From the NCBI GenBank assembly GCA_043228905.1, contig JBHGNT010000022.1, forward strand, positions 62,001-126,000: DNA of 64,000 nucleotides. Reading direction: 5' to 3'. The notes below the pieces were generated by a model. That model saw nothing but the letters and a program-made list of their open reading frames with translations. It was not told the origin of the DNA and did no database searches. The position numbers were made by a program, and so were the translations under genes. The stretch's first letter is position 1. Each line of letters opens with the position of its first letter. The DNA comes from Azolla caroliniana (Eukaryota > Plantae > Polypodiophyta). Shown in pieces: positions 24,183 through 36,711 of this stretch.

Positions 24183-26377
24183 TGTCATGATATGGCAAGA
24201 CTCAAACCTATGACCTTATGTTACATAGGTCGGGCTCTTACCATTAGGCTATGTATTGTAATATGAAGGATATTATTTTCATTTATGTATTGATGTATAT
24301 TCCAAATTTCTCTGGAACATTCTAGAAACTTCAGGAGTACTCTTGAGAACACTATAAAAGGAGGCACAAGCCATTATTTCAAACCAAATCAGATCAACAC
24401 TAGTCTTAAGCCTCATAGCTACTATTGTATATTCCCTTAACATAATATATATCTTTTGTTATCCTCATTCTCTCTCTCTCTCTCTCTCATTCTTTCATTA
24501 TCTCGAGAGTTCTACACCTCCCTTAGTACGAATCCTCATCTTTTAGTACTAATTCCTTCTCTGTCTTAATACTGTTCCTGACAATAATTCTCTATCTTGG
24601 TACTGCTCCTGACAGTTTGAACCGATTTTCCCTCTCCTTCCTTCTCTTCCTTTATCTTCTTACTTCTCCATCCCTTCATACTAATATCTTATTCCTCTTT
24701 TCTCTCATACTATGGCCACTGTTAGCGCTCAAGAATATCAATCTGTTTGTTCGGAGTTGCAATGCTTGAAAGAGAAGTTTCTCGCATTGGAACAAGAAAA
24801 TCAACGACTGTTGGGGGAGCTTCAACAAATCTCCTTAGAGAAGTAGCAGACGCAACAACAACACGGGGAAGTAGCATTACGCGTGCAATAGCTCGAAGCA
24901 ACCATAGTAGCAATGCAACAACAAGGACCCACTACGCAAGGGGTTCATAAAGAACCCAAGATCGGCCTTCCCATGAAATTCGATGGAACGCAATCGTTGT
25001 TTAGAGGATTCCTTTATCAGGTACGATTAGTCATTCAAATGCATCCTTCTCGATATCCCACCGATGCATTACGAGTGGGACTAGTAGGCACTCTACATAG
25101 TGGCACAACGTTGGCATGGTTCGCCCCCCTGTTAGAAAAAAACTCTCCCTTGTTAAACCCACCTACGCTTCAATCGTAGCAAATCCTTTCCCAAGGGAGT
25201 GATTCAATACGTCTCCAACAAATACTCCGACTCCAATGGAAATCGACACCACATTTCGTCGTGCACCACTATCAGAAGAAGAAAAGCAGCAACGCAGGGC
25301 AAATCGATTATGTCATTATTGTGGTGGACCAGGGCATATTGCAGGGAATTGCCCCCATCGGCCGAAAAGGCAGGTAAATCAAATAACCGCTAGTACTAAT
25401 AGTACTAAACCCAAGTCTATTTCTCTAGGTGTGTCGGATAGTCCTAATAGCACAAACCTTTCAAACAAATTTGAAATCCTTAGTCAACTAGAAGAAAAGT
25501 TAAACGATTAAGTCCAGCCAAAATAGGAGTTGTTTGGTTGGACAACCCTAGATCTGTGTAGCCCATTAGTGGTTCCATTTCCTCTAAGCAAGTTAGCAAT
25601 GTGTTCTTAGCTCAAGTAATGGTTAGTACTAAAAGTACTAAAAGTTTGAGCACTCTTAGATTCCGGAGCCAACTCTTGCTTCATGGATAGGAATTTTGCC
25701 CAAGCTAAGCTCATCACATATCCCTAAAAAAACTCTCGTGTCCAGCCTCTGTAGTAGTCATTGATGGTCCTCCTATTGCTTCCGGAAATATTATAGAAGA
25801 GTCATAACCCGTTAATATTGTCCTAGATAACTTAGCGTGTGTAGTATCATTTAATGTAATTAGTATCCTAGAACATCCCATTGTTTTGGGATTACCATGT
25901 TTTGAATTACATAACCCAACCAAACATTGGAGAACAAGAGAAATACGGTGTCGACAAACCCAAGGATCTACTCATAAGATTGCAACCATTTCGCTACATC
26001 AGTTGCGTGAGGAAGGACGCAAGGAAGAAATTTTTGTCTTCGCAATATCAGTAAACCCCTCCAGTATCACTAAAGAGGAGTCCATCGTTCAACTTCCAGA
26101 GAAGTATCATCATTATGCCGATGTGTTCGATACAGTCCGAGCCAATACGCTGTCGCGTTATTACGCGCGTGCGTGTAGAAGGGGCGGGACCACGGGGGTC
26201 TCGGATGCGGGAGAAAAGGGATGTTGGGAAACCGACTCCGGACACGTCCCGAAGGCAACCGAACACGAGAGAGAGAGTGAGAGAGAGAGAGCTTGCGCGC
26301 ACTACACCAACTCTTATGCACGGAAAACAAAAGGGGGTGGAAACACCCGACACTACTAGAGATGCGGATGTGCACAA

Positions 26378-26433
<56 letters not shown>

Positions 26434-29400
26434 CAATGGAAAGAATACATCCCCGGCTTCGAGCCGGACCAAGGTAGGGTATGTTACAATGGCAGTCTTC
26501 TGCCAAGCCGCCGATCGGGGAGCTCTCGGGCCCGTCGCGCCGAGCGGGGTCTTGCACAGGAGGCCAGGCAAAAGCAAACCCAAAACCGACACGAACTCTC
26601 CACCCCACACGATGAAGAAGAAGAAGAAAGGGAACTACCAAGAAGAAACCCTAGAACGAAGCAAGAGTAAGAGAAACTTCCTAACCCTAAACTAATGGTA
26701 TACCCTCTAACACAAAATGGGCAACCCTTTTACAAAGGGCGCTCCCTTCCTATTAGAGAACAAGGAGAGGGATGCGTAACAATGTGTGATAAATCTCTTA
26801 TTACATGGGATCCTCTTTCCCAACTTAACTCCTATTATTCACACGTTTTTTCAAGGGTAAGTGCACATGGTGCACTCTGTCAATTCTTCCGATATTCCCC
26901 GGTTTCTCCCTATGGCCCGGAATCTTCACGACATCCACCCCCACCAAACCGCACGTCCACCGATACGTGCCAAGTTCGGAGAAGGGTGAGAGATGCCGGC
27001 TGGTGTGGAACCAGTCTTCCGTAATCCGCATTCCGGCTACGCGTTGGCCTCGCCGGTCCGAACCGTCAGCTCCAGTTCCTCCTCCACGCTTGCCTCCCGC
27101 AGTCTCGTTCAATCCGTCGATAGGTCATTCGTCGTGATCCCGTGGTGCGCGTGCTCCTCCGCTGGCCCTTCTTTCGACCGTATGCATGCTTCTCGTTCCG
27201 TTGGATACGCGGTGTCCTCCGTCCGAGGAGCACCCGTGATGGCCCGCTTGGCCTCCGTCGACCTCCGCGTCGTCCTGATTCTCGTTCATGGCACCACCGT
27301 GTGCCGTCCTTCGTCATCCTTGTTCAGCATCGCCTTTGCCGAACACTGTCCCGTAATTGTGCTTCGAACTAGCCCTCGATGGCCATATGCACGGGTCTTG
27401 TTCCGTTTTGGGTGCGCCGCTCCTTGCTTGCCCTTACCGGTTACTTCCGAAACCATAACCGGCCGGTAAGGGTTCGCCTCATTTTCCACTCTTCTGCATT
27501 GTCGAGTCTCGTTTCTTGCCGCCACCGTCCTTCTCACTCGGTCTCACGCTGCCACGTCGGCTTGAGCTGCCAGTGTCTCCGGATTGGTGTGAGGATCGTC
27601 GTAGGACTAGTCTTCCGTTGCCCTTTCCTTCCATCGACCTTTTCGGAAGGTTCAGTTGTGGTTTGTGGCCGCCTCATTGGCCCGATACCTCCTTACCGCT
27701 CTTCCTTCATCATCCGATCACGTTCACCTGCCGCCACCGATCCATCCTATAGGACTCACGCTGGCACTCGGGCCGACCGCCGGATCGGTGTGAGGATCTT
27801 CGTGGGGCTTCCCCTTTTGCCGTTTTGGTTGCCCGCCTTGCCGCCGTCACCGTTCTTCCCTCTTGGTCTCATGCCGGCTCTCGGGCCAACCGTCGGAGTG
27901 TCTAGAACCGATGTGTGTAAGGTTGTAGCAGCACCACTTGCCGTTTTCCTCTCGTCGTAGTCCCGACCTCCACGTCGGCCTCTTCGGTTGGTCATGTTCA
28001 CCTGCCGCCACCGATCTCTCCTATAGGACTCACGTTGGCACTCGAGCCGACCGCCAGATCGGTGTGAGGATCTTCGTAAACCACCCGTCCTCAATCCTTT
28101 GCCTTCATCCCCTCGCTGCCACCGTTCGTCACTCTAGGTCTCACGCTGGCTCTCGGGCCGACCGTCGAAGTCTCTGGAACCATTGTGAAGGATCCTCCTT
28201 GAGCTCGTTGTATCTCTGACCCTTATCCTGGGTCTTCTTTCTTTCGCAAGACAAGAGGGTGGCTCGCTCCACACCCTCTCCCGTGGTACCGACGTATCGT
28301 GTTCCGGCCTCCCCGTAGGCCTACCTCTTCCTGCCTTCCGGGTCGGTTATCCGGAAGTTCGCTCCGCCCAGTCCTCGGCTGGGCCCATTCGTCATTCTCT
28401 GGATTGCCGGGTCTCATTCTCTTGCCGCCACCATAAGTATCTTGGTCTTACGTTGGACCCGATGCCGACCGCCGAAGTCTCTAGATCCGGTGTGAGGTGA
28501 CCAATAGGACCGGTCTTCGCTCTCCGCTTCGTCCCTTGTACTTCTCCCGAACTCGGTGTCACTCTCCTTGCTGCGTTCCCGCCTCCATCTTCCATCTCTT
28601 TCGGTCTCACGTTGCCACGCCGGCCGAACTGCCCAAGTCTCCGGTCAAGATGTGGGGACACCGATTTCATAACGACTCATCCAGGACACCGACCTGTTAG
28701 TGGTGTCGGTGCAAAGCATCCGCTCTATGATCGATCAAGCCCCACCTGGGCTTGATTTTCCAATGTCCGGAATTTCGGCTCCGATGCCGATCCTGCGAAA
28801 CTCGTTCCGCACCCTCGATCTTTTCCCTTTTGTTTCCCGACCTTCGCTTGGTCAATCTTTCTCCCCATCTAAAAAGGGGCGGCTCCTTTCACACCCTCTC
28901 CCGTATCAGCACCTTCATGCCGATTCTGGCCCCGGTCGAACAATCCACGACCGGATCGCGCTCCACCTGAATCGGAGTGCCGCATGGTTCGGTCTCCGGT
29001 CGGGTCGTTTCTTGGTCTCTTCGTCGACCTTCTCGTGGGCCATTTCCCAGCCCTCTTCGTTGGCATCATGCTAGGTCTCCTCGATACCGTCATCCATCTC
29101 CTCGGTCTCACGTGGGCGTAAGGGCCCGAATGCCAAGTTCTCCGGAATCGGTTCCGAGGGCACTTGTCCGTTCCTTCCCCATATCGTCTTGCCAGCGATT
29201 CTCGATCTCACGCCACCACCTTCATCCTTTTGGGACTCATGTGGGCACTCGGGCCCGACTGCCATCGTCTCGGGAGCAAGTGTAGGAAGACGCGTAGAAT
29301 CACCCGTCCGTTTTAAGCCCTTGTCCGTAGCCACCAGCTCCTCGTGGTCGGTGGTCGTCTTCTTCCCGATCGCGCAAGCCATGCCTCGGCTTGCTTCTCC

Positions 29401-31690
29401 AACGTCCGGAGTTTTGGGCTAACACGCCCGAAACCGCCGGTCCCAACGTTCCGATTCTACGATTGGTATCTCGGCCTTGTCCTTGGCTGTTCTATCTCCG
29501 CAAGCCGAGAGAGCATTTTGTTCCGCACCCTCTCCTGTGGTACCATGGTACTGATCTTCTACCATCTCATGGGGCAAGTCCGTCTCCTCAGCGTCGGCTT
29601 GCGGCCTCGTTTTTTCCTCATCCTCGAGCATTGCCTCGAGAGCTGCGTATGCCTTCGCAATCCTGACCGCGAAGCCGAGCCTTGCCGACTCTCTTTGCCG
29701 TTCGACCTCTTCCCGCTGTGATGGCGCACCGTCGCGCACCTTCCTCCTAGCCTTCTCAGCCCGCTCGTCATCTAGCCGTTAGCATACCCTTCCGACCTTC
29801 GACTAGTCCTCCGTAAGGCCATTCGCTCCGTCCTCGTCTTCGAGATCAATCTTGATGGCCTCCCATTCCGCTCGGTCGATTGACCTAACGAACAACAGGA
29901 CTTTGTCTGCCCTCACCAAAGATTTCTCCCACTCCGGGAGCCGAGCAAGCCGTCGCTTGAACTCTCGGAACGCCTTCGTTGCGCCCCGGTGGGTCTTCGT
30001 CGATGCTACCCACTGGTCGAAGTCACGTCGTCCCCGGCTCTTCCGCCGTCATCCATACGCCTGCAGGAGTGCCTCTTCGAAGGCCTCCCACGAACTATGA
30101 GCTTCTCGGAGCTCCTTCACTTCCGCGTGCATACGGACGATGACGACCCGATAGAAGAGCTCCAGCCTCAACGCCTCGTCTACATCTCGCTCCTCCATTT
30201 CCGCGTTGTAGGCTTCCATGTAGAATTGGACTTTGTCCCCGTTGAAACGGTCGTCTCCCTTCTTCTTGTTGCTTGTCCAAACTCCCTCACCGCTTCGACA
30301 AAAAGTTGCGTGAAGTCATCTTCTTCCAACTCCATCCTCCCTTGTCGCCCTTCACGTCGAGCTCACCAAATATGTCGCATTATTACGTGCGTGCTTGTAG
30401 AAGGGGCGGAACCACGGGGGTCTCGTATGAGGGAGAAAAAGGATGTTGAGAAACCGACCCCGGACACATCCCGGAGGAAACTGAACACAAGAGAGAGAAT
30501 GAGAGAGAGAGAGCTTGCGCACGCTATACCAACTCTTATGCACGGAAAACAAAAGGGGGTGGAAACACCTGACACTACCAGACACGCGGATGTGCACAAC
30601 TAAACATATATATATATATATATATTACAATGGAAAGAATACATCCCCAGCTTTGAGCCGGACCAAGGTAGGGTATGTTACAACGGCAGTCTTCTGCCAA
30701 GCCGCCGATCGGGGAGCTCTCGGGTCCGTCGCGCGGAGCGGGGTCTTGCACAGGAGGCCGAGCAAAAGCAAACCCAAAACCGACACGAACTCTCCGCCCC
30801 ACACGACGAAGAAGAAGAAGAAAGGGAACTACCAAGAAGAAACCCTAGAACGAACCAAGAGTAAGAGAAACTTCCTAACCCTAAACTAACGGTATACCCT
30901 CTAACACAAAATGGGCAACCCCTTTACAAAGGGCGCTCCTTTCCTTTTATAGAACAAGGAGAGGGATGCATAACAATGTGGGATAAATCCCTTATTACAT
31001 GGGATCCTCTGTCTCGACTTAACTCCTATTATTCACACGTTTTTACAAGGGTAAGTGCACATGGTGCACTCCGCCGATTCTTCCGATATTCCGCGGTTTC
31101 TTACTATGGCCCGGAATCTTCACGACAACGCTTCCTCACCATCGACCGTATGATTGCCCCATCGATTTACAACTGGGAAAAGAGCCACCATGGGGACCGA
31201 TCTACAATTTTTCACCAACCAAGATAGAAGTTCTTCGAGCCTATATAGAGGAGGATTTGGCAAATGGTTTCATTCAACATTCGAAATCTCCAGTCGGCGC
31301 ACCCATTTTCTTCGTCAAGATAAAGGATGGATCACTTCTTCTCATCGTAGATTACCATGGATTGAATAAAGTCACCATCAGGAATAGGTATGCAGTTCCC
31401 CTTATCTCAAGTCTTTTAGAACGGATCAATGGTACAAGGTTCTTCACAAAGATTGGCTTACGAGGAGCATATAACCTCGTACAGATCCGACCAGGAGATG
31501 AATGGAAGACCGCGTTTCACACGAGATATGGGCACTTCGAGTATACGGCCATGCCATTTGGCCTCACTAATGCGCCAACAATCTTCCAGCACATGGCAAA
31601 TGATATATTCTGAGATCTCTTGGATGATTTTTTGATCATCTATTTGGATGATCTGTTGGTTTATTCGAATACCCAAGAAGAGCATCCGCC
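24183..31690 (+). mobile_element. Ty3/gypsy chromovirus (Tcn1-like), 3'-truncated: LTR 24183-24614, gag, protease, RT, interrupted at 26151-31127
   Basis: TGTCA...TGACA LTR. gag KEPKIGLPMKFDG and CHYCGGPGHIAGNC, protease LLDSGANSCFMD (~25650), LPHHRPYDCPIDL, SPVGAPIFFV, MPFGLTNAP, IYLDD. Confidence 0.9.
26151..31127 (-). mobile_element. Non-autonomous gag-only (TR-GAG-like) LTR element with tRNA-Trp PBS; LTRs 26151-26933 and 30373-31127
   Basis: TSD ACGC on both sides. Minus-strand PBS TGGTGAGCTCGACGTGA at 30352-30368 and PPT-like GGTTTGGTGGGGGTGGA next to 26933. Decayed gag (RFNGDKV...SWEAFEEALLQAY...GLTED*). No RT or integrase motifs seen. Confidence 0.9.
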
Positions 31691-33488
31691 GAATGTCACC
31701 GTTTGAGCCGGTCCCCATCATCGGAATGAATTACGTCGAGTATGTCTTTGCTTACATTCCTCTCCTTTGGAAATGGATGCCGATGTTGCTTGCCAAATTG
31801 GCAAGCCGCATATACGCCTTCAATCTCTCTCTCTTTGAAGGTCGGGAGTCCGATGACGACTCCTTTCGATTGCATCGCACTGAGCTTTTGAAGGTTGATA
31901 TGGCCAATCGGCTTATGCCATAACTCTATGTCGGACTCAGTTTTCGTGCCTTTTGCGAACATGGCTGATTTCATCTCGTGCGAGTCGAGAATGAACATTC
32001 AGCCCTCTCGTCTTCGATGAAGCAACCACCTTGATTAAATCGAACTTGCATTCCTTGCTCTACAATTTGGTCGACGCAAACCAAATTCTTTGTGATAGTG
32101 GGTACATGCAAGAAATTTTTAATGTAAGTTTTCTTACCTTTTTCTCCGGACGGAACATTGCCGATGTGCTGACTCGGATGCGTAGTGTCATCTCTGGTTT
32201 CGACATAGTCGGGTCGTTCCGGCTCTCGAAGTTCTCGGAACCATTCTTGATGAGACGTCATATGGTTCAAGGCACTCGAGTCGACGAACCATACGTCTTC
32301 CGGACCCGAGGCACTAGTTGAAGTAGAAGCCGACATAGAATTTTCTCTATGTCTCATCACGAACGTTTCGTCACGATCGTCATAGTCGGAGTTGGTGGCA
32401 TAGTTGGTGAGTTGTTGGCTAGTGGAAGCCGACTCGTGTATCTTCTTACGGAATTCTTTTTCGTGGTGACCGATTTTTCCGCAATATCCGCATTCAACCA
32501 AGTTTATTCGGCTCGAACCAGAATGGAAGCTCCCCCTTCTTCCAAAGGTTCCTCGATGGCTTCCGTCTTGATGCCGAAATTGTGAGTTGTTTTCGTAAGT
32601 TGGGCCTCATCTGCCTCGTCCTTGGCCAAATCAGCCTCTTCTTGCATGGTTGCGTCCTCTTCCTCCTTCCGAATGCATGTAGAGCATGTGGCCCTCCGAG
32701 GCATGGCTCCTTGTTCGAACATGATTTTTTTCGACCAACAACATGGATTGAAGATCAAAGGAGGGCGGATTCTCTCGTGCTAGTACGGTTGTACGCATCG
32801 CGCCGAACCGTGGTGCAAGGCCACTGAGGCATATTTGCACCATTTCGTCATCCTCCACATTGACGCTTATCGAGCTGAGTGCATCACAAAGCTCCTTGAT
32901 CTTCAAGGTATAGCTTGTGATGGACATATCCCATTGTTGGATGTTGTTCAACTCTTGGCGGAGTTCAAGCTTTCTCGCGGTTGTGTTGGCGGTGAAAATC
33001 TTTCGTAGATTCTCCCACGCTTCCTTTGGCGTTTCGGCTTCTCGAATGTAGCCGAGCATGTGGTTGTGAACACATGTCGCCAAGCAATACATCACTTGGC
33101 TTTCCGCTTGCTCCCATGTTGCATAGTTGGCATCTTTTAGGTCGGGTCAGTTTTCTTGTGCTCCCTTTATGTAACCCCAATAGCCTTGGCCGACAAGGTA
33201 TTGGTGCATCTTGTACTCCCAAGATGCGAAGTTGTTTCTTGCTAGGGAGAGCGCTCCCCATTTGAGCATTTATTGTCGATTAAGCTTCCTTTCTTCTTTT
33301 CCTTCTCTCTCGAACACGAGCTATGTAGTGGTACTATAATGGCGATGAGCCAGTTCTTCTTGAACGTCGGGGTAGAGCACAACACACGATCACGATGAGG
33401 CGAGTGGGCTAGATCGAGCTACCAACCTCGCTCTGATACCATGTAAAGAATCGATGGTGATTCTTGTGCAGTGGAATAGATATGTGTG

Positions 33489-33536
<48 letters not shown>

Positions 33537-33930
33537 AAAATAGAGGAGAGAAGAGAACACAAGATAGATAAGCAAGAGAAATAAAATACTCAAGAAGAAG
33601 GTGTATATTTCACAAGTAGAATGGAGATACAAAATTGTAGCATTACAAGGAGTCACAACCAACTTAGTATGAAGTGTGATGAGGGTGCTTTATATATAGT
33701 CACCCTCTCTCTTCATTAACTAACTACAACAACCACTCTCTCTCTTGGGGAATGTGAAGACTCATAGTCATGGGGAATATGTAACTCATTAGTTATGTGT
33801 CATAGAATATGATTCTATGACACATAGTTAATGTGTAAAGAGTAGTGGTGTGACTCTTGACCTTTGAGTAATCATAGATTCTCAAAAGGTGTCTTCACAC
33901 GTTGCACTATGTTGAGCTTGATTCTCAACA
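31691..33930 (-). mobile_element. Copia family A-related copy A3, 3'-truncated (5' LTR 33442-33930)
   Basis: PBS TGGTATCAGAGC at 33430-33441 (minus). gag with CGYCGKIGHH, WFVDSSALNHM, and integrase N-terminus. Abrupt junction with the chromovirus RT near 31690. Confidence 0.9.
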
Positions 33931-36665
33931 CTCAGCAAGAACGGCATTGAAGGATTCCTCCGAGTAGTTGATGCTCCACCACACGAAGAACCGGAGAAGG
34001 TCGCATCCACGATCAACCTTGAAGAAATCTCCGAAGGCACGGTGTAGGCCCTGGTCGGATTGCCTATCGGAGGACTATGCTCCATTGAAAACCCCTCCAC
34101 CAAAATCTTCACCAAATACTTCGGGGAGTACTCCACAGCCAGCAAGGTTTACTGGAAACAAGGTGGAGATGATCCCCTGTTCCGAGAGGTGCCTTGAGTA
34201 TTATTAGAATATGGATTTGTGCACCCTCAACCACCCTGTTATCTGTATAGGTGTACGGGATGGATAAGGTGTAATGTGGATGGTGTGTAAAGTCTAAGGT
34301 GTGTAATATGTAATATGTATACGAGTGTGTGAGGATGAGTATGTGTGAGCACATGCACAATTATGTGCATGTGACAAGAATGTAACGGTCGTCTTTTTGT
34401 AACAGTCATTATTTAACGTTACATTATGTTCTATAAAAACCCCTTATGGGGCACATAAGGAATATAACTTTTTCCCCTCTCATTTTGGTTTCGTTCTTAT
34501 TTTCACTCTCTCCTTCTCTCTCCCTCTCTATTGTATGTAACCCCCTCAGGAGGGGGGGTTAAGCCATTCTAGGCTTCACCCCCCACCCCAACAACACTTT
34601 TGGCATGCCCGGTGGGACCACTTGGCCATTGTTGCCGTTGCCGCCATCGTTGCTACCGCTAGAATACCAGTCGAAGAAGACGGAGAGGAGAACAAAGAAA
34701 GAACTAGAAAGCAACAGAGAAAGAGAAAGGGGCAGAAAGGAAAATTTCAGAAACTTGAGGGGTAGGACATAAATTTTCGAAAACGAGATTTCTAAAACCG
34801 GAGGGTACGTAATATAATTTTAGAAAAAAACTTGAGGGGTAGGACATAAATTTTTGGAAACACAATTCATCATTACACATACTAAGGAAAAAGAACATAT
34901 CTATATCTATATATACACACCCACATACACCCACAATTATTGATAAACCTAAATGATGGTAGCATAGTGGATAATCGTGTGATTATGTTGACTGAACGAG
35001 AAAGTTCGTGTCAAGCCAAGTCTGATCGAAGTTATCGATCGTCAAGCAGTAATCTGATCGAGGAATTTCCGACCGTGAGAGAAGACCAATGAAGTTCCAG
35101 TCGACAAGAGATATTTTCGGCATGGGTTTGTGGGTCCAACATGCCATGTGTTATTCGTATAGGTGTACGGGATGGATAAGGTGTAATGTGTATGGTGTGT
35201 AAATTCTATGGTGTGTAATATTTAATATTTATACAAGTGTGTGAGGATGAGTATGTGCGAGCACATGCACAATTATGTGCATGTGACAAGAATGTAACCA
35301 TCGTCTTTTTGTAACAGACTTTATTTACCATTACATTATGTACTATAAAAACCCCTTACGGGGCACATAAGGAATATATAACTTTTTCCCCTCTCATTTT
35401 GGTGTCGTTCCCATTTTCACTCTCTCCTTCTCTCTCTCTCTATCGTAACCCCCTAGGCTTCACCCCCCACCCCAACAACACACCCGCCATGCAGAAAAAC
35501 AAGGTCGGATTTATCATCGCAACATTCGAAGGCCTCAAGATGGACTGGCCGATGATTGTGGTTGACTCTCTATAGACTAGCAACACGTCTGTAGTGGACG
35601 GGAAGAAAGCACAGTGCGGGTTAGCACATGGGCTAACATTATTGGTACCCCCAACACGCACCATCCAGCCGAAGAAGCAAGCCCAGCCGGAAATCACACC
35701 GAATAAGTCATCCAAACGGCAACAACTCCTATCAAAGCACACCCCCGGATGGATGGCAATGGACTCGTCTCAGCAGGAAGAAGTATAGACAACCCGGAGA
35801 TAAGAGCCAGTGGATCCAGTTCTAGAAAAAACGGCCAAACCAATTTAAATCAAGTTGCACCGGCATGACAGAGACCAGGACGAACTGATACGAAGGGTCA
35901 ATCAGGAAACTGCGGAAGAGGAGGCTGAAGACGAATCAACCGAAACCCTCCAACATTGCCCAAGGTAGCAGAATAGTGAGCAGTTGGGAGATCGATCAGG
36001 TCCGGAGAAGGAGAGCATCCCGAGGTCCTGCTCAATAGTGGTGGAACCCAGGATGGAGGAAGAGCCGGTAACAAGACCAAAAGCGGTGACAACAGTTCCG
36101 TAGGAACTGGTTCCAGAAAGAATTACCTCGCCTGTTCTTCAAGCGCAGCAACATGAGGAATGTCGACCGGAAACGACAACGGAGCGCGAAGAGTCATTTG
36201 CTCAATGGCTCAGGGGGGAGCACGAATGAATGTCGCAGCAGGTGTAGCAGTTCGCTATACACACACAAAACGAAACCTGTCGATAGTGGCTACAATGGCT
36301 ACAATGGCTTCGGGAGAAGGTATCTGGTGAGGCTAACCGGATGGAAGAAGAACAAAGGCAGGGGGGAAGGCAGGCGGAGTGGTTGCTGGTCACAACCGAA
36401 CAATTGGAGAAGGCCCGCTCGAACACAGATCCAGAGCCTAGAAGAAGAGCTTAAAAGGGCCAAAGAATTTGCGGCTATTATGGCCAGTATGGGCCAGAGC
36501 ACAAGTGAAGCAACGAACTCGGTGCCATCGGCTAATGTACAGAAGGAAGCTCCAAAAACAAATGCACAACCAGAGGCCAACACAGCCCCAGTAAAAGACG
36601 TTGAGCTGGAACAGGAAATGCTAACACTAATGGAGGAATTAACCGCTCAAGAAGCATTAAGGGGG

Positions 36666-36711
<46 letters not shown>

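Noticed and set aside
26380-26430. (AT)n tract giving YIYIYI ORFs; also (GT)n/(GA)n near 33490 and (GA)n near 36670
   Set aside because: Ordinary microsatellites. The AT tract simply differs in length between the two LTRs.
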